Shown: positions 57,725 to 64,000 of the stretch, in pieces | How positions within the stretch are numbered: position 1 is the first letter of the stretch | Layout: every line of letters starts with the position of its first letter | NCBI GenBank assembly: GCA_965261735.1 | Contig: OZ253470.1 | Location: forward strand, 576,001 to 640,000 | Direction of reading: 5' to 3' | Origin: Alphaproteobacteria bacterium | Lineage (GTDB): Bacteria; Pseudomonadota; Alphaproteobacteria; SHVV01 | Length of the DNA stretch: 64,000 nt | Notes under the pieces: generated by a model | Seen by the model: the letters and a program-made list of their open reading frames with translations, nothing else | What the model was told of the DNA's origin: nothing | Database searches by the model: none | Translations under genes and position numbers: made by a program

Positions 57725-58747
57725 ATGGAACAGGTTCACATGATCGGGATCGATCTGGCGAAGAACAGCTTTCAGCTGCACGGTGCGCGGGCGGATGGGT
57801 CGGTTGCGTTCCGCAAGAAGCTGAGCCGGGCGAAGCTGTTGGACTTTGTGGCTGCGCAGCCACGCTGCACGGTGGCGATGGAGGCGTGCGGCGGCGCGCA
57901 CCATTGGGGCCGGGAGATCGGCAGTCTCGGCCATGCGGTGCGACTGGTCCCACCGATCTACGTCAAAGCGTACGTCAAGCGGCAAAAGAACGACGCGTCG
58001 GATGCGGAGGCGATCTGCGAGGCGTCGTCGCGGCCGACCATGCGCTTTGTGGCTGTGAAGACGGAGGAACAGCAGGCTCGGGGCATGCTGTTCCGGACGC
58101 GCGATCTTCTGGTGCGCCAGCGCACCCAGACGATTAATGCGCTGCGCGGCCATCTAGCGGAGTTCGGTGTCATTGCCCCGCAGGGGCCGGCTCATGTCGG
58201 CCGGCTGGCCTCGGCGCTTGGGGGACCGGCTTCGAGGTTGCCGGAAGCGGTCCGCGAGCTGGCCGGCCTTCTGCTTGAGCAGATCGCCGGCCTCGATGCG
58301 AAGATTGCGGGCCTGGAGAGGGAGGTCCACGTGAGAGCACGGCAGGATGAGGAGGCGAGGCGCCTGATGAGCGTGCCGGGGATCGGGCCGATCAGCGCGA
58401 TGGCAATCCAGGCCTTCGCACCGCCGATGGAGAGTTTCCGGCGCGGCCGCGACTTCTCCGCTTGGCTCGGCCTCGTGCCGCGCCAGCACACGACCGGCGG
58501 CAAGCCGAAGCTGGGCAAGATATCGAAGATGGGCCAGCGCGATCTGAGACGGCTGCTGATCACAGGCGCGATGACTGTGGTCCGCTGGGCGGTTCGGCGC
58601 GGCGTGACGACGGACCCCTGGCTGGCCGGGATGCTGGCGCGCAAGCCGAGGATGCTCGTCGCGGTGGCGCTGGCCAACAGGATGGCGCGCATCGTCTGGG
58701 TGCTACTGACGAAGAAGAAGAGCTACCGGGCTCCCGCCACCGCCTGA
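57725..58747 (+). CDS. IS110-family DEDD transposase/recombinase
   Basis: IGIDLAK, MEAC, KNDASDAEA, PGIG, WLGLVP, VALANRMAR. Confidence 0.96.
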   Translation: MEQVHMIGIDLAKNSFQLHGARADGSVAFRKKLSRAKLLDFVAAQPRCTVAMEACGGAHHWGREIGSLGHAVRLVPPIYVKAYVKRQKNDASDAEAICEASSRPTMRFVAVKTEEQQARGMLFRTRDLLVRQRTQTINALRGHLAEFGVIAPQGPAHVGRLASALGGPASRLPEAVRELAGLLLEQIAGLDAKIAGLEREVHVRARQDEEARRLMSVPGIGPISAMAIQAFAPPMESFRRGRDFSAWLGLVPRQHTTGGKPKLGKISKMGQRDLRRLLITGAMTVVRWAVRRGVTTDPWLAGMLARKPRMLVAVALANRMARIVWVLLTKKKSYRAPATA

Positions 58748-58759
58748 GAGAACGGCGAA

Positions 58760-58980
58760 GTGCGGGAAGCCGTCGGGGATGTGGGCAGGACGGAGGACAG
58801 GTAAGGGCAAAGGTCAACGAGACCGGGTTGGGAAAACCAGCATCCGAACGGAGAGCTTTCAAGCTCGCGTAACCGATTTGGACCCAATCCGCGTATCTCC
58901 ATACGGGCCCGCGGCGTGTCATCTGCCGCATAGAGAGGCCGGACACACGACAGCACCTGACCGCATGCACCGAGCCGACC
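58760..58980 (+). ncRNA. Putative bridge/seek RNA of the IS1111-type element
   Basis: Stem-loops carrying segments that match the target (CCGAACG, AACCG) and the donor junction (ACACACG, CCAT(A)CG); ends approximate. Confidence 0.75.
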
Positions 58981-59081
58981 AAAAACTGCTTGCATCAACG
59001 GGGGCGTCCACACACGTTCGGGGCGGCCCGTCCAGGCGAAACACCGCGCTGATCAGGACATTGGTGTCAAGAACAACGCGC

Positions 59082-59333
59082 TCAGCTTTCATCCGCCAGA
59101 AGCGTCTCCAGCCCAGCCGCCGTCAAGCCGTTCGCAGAGGCTTCCTCACCCAAGGCGTCCATCGTCATTGTCAGACGCTCCCAGGCGGCGCCGCGAAGCC
59201 GCTCATAGTGTTGCATCGACATCATCACGCCGACCGCCCTGCCATTCTTGGTCACGTGCACGGGCGCGCTCTGCGCTGCATCGAGCAAGTAGCCGAAGCG
59301 GTTCTTGGCGTCCCTGGCGGCAATCTTTCTCAT
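59082..59333 (-). CDS. Phd/YefM-family antitoxin
   Basis: MRKIAARDAKNRFGYLLDAAQSAPVHVTKNGRAVGVMMS; overlaps the PIN start. Confidence 0.9.
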   Translation of the reverse strand: MRKIAARDAKNRFGYLLDAAQSAPVHVTKNGRAVGVMMSMQHYERLRGAAWERLTMTMDALGEEASANGLTAAGLETLLADES

Positions 59334-59610
59334 AAGAGCCATAATAGCTAACATGGCTTCATTTTACAATTGCACCTACATCCCAGCTTCGCGCCGGATA
59401 TCCTCGGTAGCAACGTTGTCAGAGTAAATCGGCCTGAAACACATGGCGAGGTCTCTTAGCCTTCAAGAAAGCATTATCAAGTAAACTGATTGTGGGCGGT
59501 TTTCGGCATTTCTCCATGAGGCTAAGCCATTGAAATTGCATAGAGCAGCCATCGAAAATCACCGAGATTTCGGAGTGAACCCGGTTAACTTGACAAAGCC
59601 GTATTTCTAT

Positions 59611-60027
59611 TTAGCCCTCGCCGCCTCCACCGCCTCCGAAGCCGCCAGCCGCGTCGCTGCCGATCCCGTCGTAGCTGCCGCCCACGCCCCCGCCATGCGC
59701 GATCAGCGCGTAATCGCTCGCCGCGGCCCCTAGGACAAAGCCGCTCAACAGGGTCATGTCGGCGGCGTGCACCATGCGGCGCTGGCGCAAGATTCGTTCG
59801 GCGCGTTCGACCTCTTTCGGATCGTCGGACAGTTTCGCCGCTTCCGCCGCCGCCAACTCATGGAGCAACCGCTGGTACTTTCGCCATAGCCGATGAATGC
59901 GCCAGCCAGTGAAGACAATGACAGCCGCAATAGCCAGCCCGAGCGCCAACTGACCGGCGTCGAGCCGCACGATAAAAAACCAAGCCAGAATTGTTAACAC
60001 TGCCCCATCGATCAAACGACGTAGCAT
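59611..60027 (-). CDS. Hypothetical membrane protein with Gly-rich tail
   Basis: GAGGAGG RBS; two N-terminal TM segments. Confidence 0.75.
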   Translation of the reverse strand: MLRRLIDGAVLTILAWFFIVRLDAGQLALGLAIAAVIVFTGWRIHRLWRKYQRLLHELAAAEAAKLSDDPKEVERAERILRQRRMVHAADMTLLSGFVLGAAASDYALIAHGGGVGGSYDGIGSDAAGGFGGGGGGEG

Positions 60028-60157
60028 GCATCCCTCCTCGCGTTGGTTGCTCTATCCAACATTTTCCAGACAGCCTCCAATTTGCAGCCAATCGTAGGTA
60101 AATCCTGCCACCGATGGAAAAGTTTTTCCCTTCGGCCCTCCGGCAGTGGTGTTAACC

Positions 60158-60340
60158 GATCTTGTCCAGGCGCACGTGTGGCTGAGCCTCGCCGCGGAAC
60201 GGGCCAGCAACGATACGAAACCGCTCGCCAAGCAGGCGATCGATGGCATCGAGCCGCTGTTGACGCCCGAGCAGCTCGACCAGGCGCGCCGCCGCGCGAG
60301 CCCCAATCCGTGGTTGAAGGTGCCGAGCTCTGGGGACTGA
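60158..60340 (+). pseudogene. C-terminal fragment of a Sel1-repeat-type protein
   Basis: DLVQAHVWLSLAA...LTPEQLDQARRRA; no 5' part. Confidence 0.55.
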
Positions 60341-60387
60341 AGCACTTCGACGGCAGGCGTCGTCCGCCGCGTGTTCGCCCGGCGCTC

Positions 60388-61223
60388 CTACTCCAGCCGC
60401 TCGCGTTCCAGAATCCGCCACCTCGAGAGCCTGGTCTCGGCGAACTGCACGAGCTGCGTCATCAACACGCCGACGAGGCCGATCACGAGAATCGGCACGA
60501 ACAGCTTGGCGGTAGCGAAGACGTTCGCGTACTTGATAATCAGGCCGCCGAGCCCGGTGATGGCGGTGAAGAACTCGGCCACGACCATGCCAATAATGGC
60601 AAGGCCGACCGACAGCCGGACTCCGGCCATGATGAAAGGCACCGCCGCCGGTAGCGTGATCTTGAAGAAGATCTCTCGTTCGGAGGCGCCGAAGGCCTTG
60701 CCGATCTCTAGGAAGGATCCGCGGACGTCTTTAATGCCGGCGTAGGTATTGATCATAACCGGGAAGATGGCGATCGAGACGAGGATCGTTACTTTTCCCG
60801 TCGTCTCCAGCCCCGCCCACAGGATCACAAGCGGAACGAGAGCGATACGCGGGATGGCATACAGCGCATTGATGAACGGATCGAGCGTGTACTCGAAAAA
60901 CCACCATTGACCGATCATCACGCCGATGATGATGCCGCCGACGATAGAGATGAACATGCCGAGGAAGAACGGAAACATGCTGGCGGCGAAGCCCTCGACG
61001 AGGTCGCCGTTGAGCAGAATCTCCCAAAACGCCGCGAAAATGGCGCTGGGGGGGGCCATGAACAGCGGGTTCGCCTGCCGGCCCGCGTACTCCCAGAAGA
61101 TGAAGAAGATGGCGACCGAGACCGTTCGGATCAGATTCGGCCTATCGCGCAAGTAAGCGATGATAGCTGAGGCCGTGCTCCGCCCTTGTTTGGCGGGGGT
61201 GACGAGCTTGGTCGTCTCGAGGC

Positions 61224-61227
<4 letters not shown>
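60388..61227 (-). CDS. ABC transporter permease (NitT/TauT/SsuC type)
   Basis: PPSAI, IPRIALVP, EAA-like loop, VVAEFF..GLGG. Confidence 0.93.
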
Positions 61228-62057
<830 letters not shown>

Positions 62058-62147
62058 CGCTTCCCGCCGTTCAGGGCTGTACTGGCAATAGGATCGGGCA
62101 AACGCCCGAGTCCCCCCTTTTGACCCGGCTGCGTTACTGCAGCGTCT

Positions 62148-63174
62148 TCATGTGGCTCCATATATCATCGTACATGAGTAACGCCCATGACCGCTACATG
62201 TAGGGTGCCGCCACTCTCCCGAGTAAAGCTCGGCATAGGTTGGAGCAGAGGTGTCGCCCGCGATGCCGAGCAATGAGCGGAAGGCGTTGAACGGGTAGAA
62301 CCGCCTGTTGAAGCGGAAGGTGAACTCGTTGAGGTAGGCTTGTAGGTGCTGGTGGCTAACGCCGTGGTGGATACCGATCAGCCACGTCTTCAGGTTGGCG
62401 AAAACCAGATGGATGATCGGCAGGTATTGCTCGGCAACCTCTGGATCACCACACTCGGCAACAGCGAAGTGCTCATAGCCGCGCTTACCGAGGCCAGCAT
62501 AGCCGCTCCAATCGTCAGTAACGATCAGCGATCCCGGCGCGACGGTGCTCTCGACGAACCCACAGAGCGACTCGGCGCTACGGTCGAGCACGACGGCGAG
62601 CCGAACGCGTCCGGCATAGCGTCCGTCTTTCCGGTTGTCGAGCTTGGTGCCCGGCTTTCGATGACGCACCTCGATGGCACAGGAGACGGGAACCTTGTGG
62701 TGAACACCACGGCCTTCCCCACGCGTTCGCCCGCCAACCCAGGTTTCGTCCATCTCAACATGGTTCTTGGGCTGTCCACCGATCCTGTCTTGGTTGGGCC
62801 GCACCATGCCCGAGCGGAGCTTGTGGAGAATTTGAAAGGCCGTCTCGTAGCGCGAAAGACCAAGTTGCCGCTGAAACTGCACGGCGGACATGCCGGGCGT
62901 CTGACTGGCGACCAGATAAGCGGCCCAGAACCAGACGTTCAGCGGAGTGTGGCTACGCTCCATCACTGTTCCCACCGTCAGCCCGGTGTTCTGGCGGCAC
63001 TTGCGGCAGCGCAGGACGCCAGGGCGGTTTTCAAAGTGGAACGGCTCTCCCGCCGTGCCGCAGTGCGGGCAGGCAAAGCCGTCTCCCCCAGCGGGCTTTC
63101 TCCAGGTAGGCGGCGCAGGCCGCATCATCGGGGAAAAGTCGCTGGAACTCGGGTAGCGAATGCGGGAATGGGAA
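62148..63174 (-). pseudogene. IS1595-family (ISXO2-like) transposase, frameshifted, with the start missing
   Basis: CPHC..CRKC zinc ribbon, EMDETWVGG, VTDDWSGY, YLNEFTFRFNRR. FQRLFPDDAACAAYLE lies in another frame across the C5 run at 63085-63089. Confidence 0.85.
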
Positions 63175-63175
63175 C

Positions 63176-63322
63176 CACAACTACCATGGCCGGCTCTACA
63201 TCTCCTGTCCCGACCCGAAGTGGCGGGCCCGCATCGCGGAGGTGTGTTACGAGGAAGGCACCGGCCGCCTCCACGCGGGCGGCATCTCGCACAACGAGCT
63301 CTATCTGCGCTACGGCGAGGCT
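63176..63322 (+). pseudogene. Internal fragment of a PqqC/TenA (heme-oxygenase-like) protein
   Basis: HNYHGRLYISCPDPKWRARIAEVCYEEGTG...SHNELYLRYGEA. Confidence 0.55.
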
Positions 63323-63323
63323 C

Positions 63324-64000
63324 GGTGTAGTTGCGAAAGTCGGCACCCTCGTCGACGAAACGCCGGCCTTCGGCGTTGACCATGATGCCGAAGGGATAGC
63401 TGTGTTTCTGAAAGCCGTCGCCGACCGCAAGATCGCCGAATTCCGGGGCGTTCATGTCCCACCCTACCGAATGGCAGCCCGACCAGTTGCCGTAGGGCAT
63501 GGCCCCGGCCTCGAGCGCCATGCGCAGGCCGTCTCCGGTGTTGAACCGCGTCCCGCGTACCCGGGCGAGCTCCCAGCCGGGGCCGAGATAGCGTGTGCGC
63601 CATTCGGTGTTGGCCTCGAAGCCGCCGCACGACAGAACCACCGCCTTGGCCTCGAGGTCCTGGGTCGTGCTCTCGCTGCGCAGGCGCACGCCGTGGACGC
63701 CGCCATCGTTGCACAGCAGGGCCTGCGCCCGTCCTTCATACAAGATGCGAATGCCGCGCTTTTCAGCCTGCGCGTAGAGGGCCTCGATGAGCCCCGGGCC
63801 GCCACCCCACGCCTCGACGGTGAGGCCGCCCCAGAACTTGAAGCGACCGTCCACCTTGAACGCCTGGCGCCCATACATCGGCGCGAATCGCACGCCGTTT
63901 GCGCGCATCCATTTCAGGGTCGAGAGACTTCGCGTGACCAGCAGTTCGGTGAGATCGGGATCGCACCGGAATTGCGTCACCCTCGACATGTCGTCGTAAT
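63324..64000 (-). pseudogene. tcuA: TcuA-like FAD-dependent oxidoreductase, 3'-truncated (5' end outside the window)
   Basis: GRQAFKVDG..FWGG, GGFEAN, RGTRFNTGDG, GNWSGCH, RFVDEGADFRNYT, then homology stops. Confidence 0.75.

Larger units (their letters stand above)
57641..59014 (+). mobile_element. IS110-family element, IS1111 subgroup
   Basis: CG core at both junctions. Subterminal IRs GTGGACGCCCC (57648-57658) and GGGGCGTCCAC (59001-59011), 7 and 3 nt from the ends. Long 3' non-coding end. Confidence 0.95.
57296..59092 (-). pseudogene. PIN-domain toxin interrupted by IS110 (segments 59015-59092 and 57296-57640)
   Basis: MKAERVVLDTNVLISA... joins in frame to VVDAVR...CRDPDDDKLLE...VTGDRDLL. 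Confidence 0.92.

Noticed and set aside
57296-58153. 285-aa ORF with a PIN C-terminus
   Set aside because: Its N-terminal part is antisense IS110 sequence; the real PIN start is at 59092.
62148-63989. 613-aa ORF as a novel flavoprotein-transposase fusion
   Set aside because: Chance in-frame read-through across fragment junctions. The linker is antisense to another gene, and the true transposase N-terminus is in a different frame.

Overview
High-GC bacterial window dominated by a large integrative conjugative element (ICE). Its left end is not visible; its right end is at about 57070. From left to right: (1) A + strand cluster of leading-region-type genes: radC/JAB, two SLOG-fold proteins, ssb, AlkB-like, toprim and DUF4326. 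It is interspersed with non-coding DNA packed with strand-biased C-GNA-G mini-hairpins and a duplicated ~115-bp element. (2) A candidate oriT with three palindromes next to a ribbon-helix-helix gene. (3) A lower-GC cargo patch: Abi_C-like protein, HD + GHKL-ATPase fusion, RES remnant. (4) A complete minus-strand F-type tra operon (traA-L-E-K-B-V-C-trbI-peptidase-W-U-trbC-N-F-H-G, ssb, traD, MobF relaxase) headed by an RdfS/excisionase-like HTH gene. (5) An IS21 element and a frameshifted FseA-like (DUF6499/DUF2285) activator. (6) A 3129-aa adhesin/autotransporter-like gene with a 7-bp tandem repeat at its 5' end, a LysR pair, a D-cysteine-desulfhydrase-like gene and two tandem tyrosine integrases. 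The element abuts the 3' remnant of a third integrase, broken at its HDLRH codons. Beyond it are a Phd-PIN toxin-antitoxin pair split by an IS1111-type IS110 element whose non-coding end carries readable target and donor guides, an ABC transporter, and a mosaic of IS1595, HO-like and tcuA-like fragments. All family calls come from motif recognition by eye; no database search was run.
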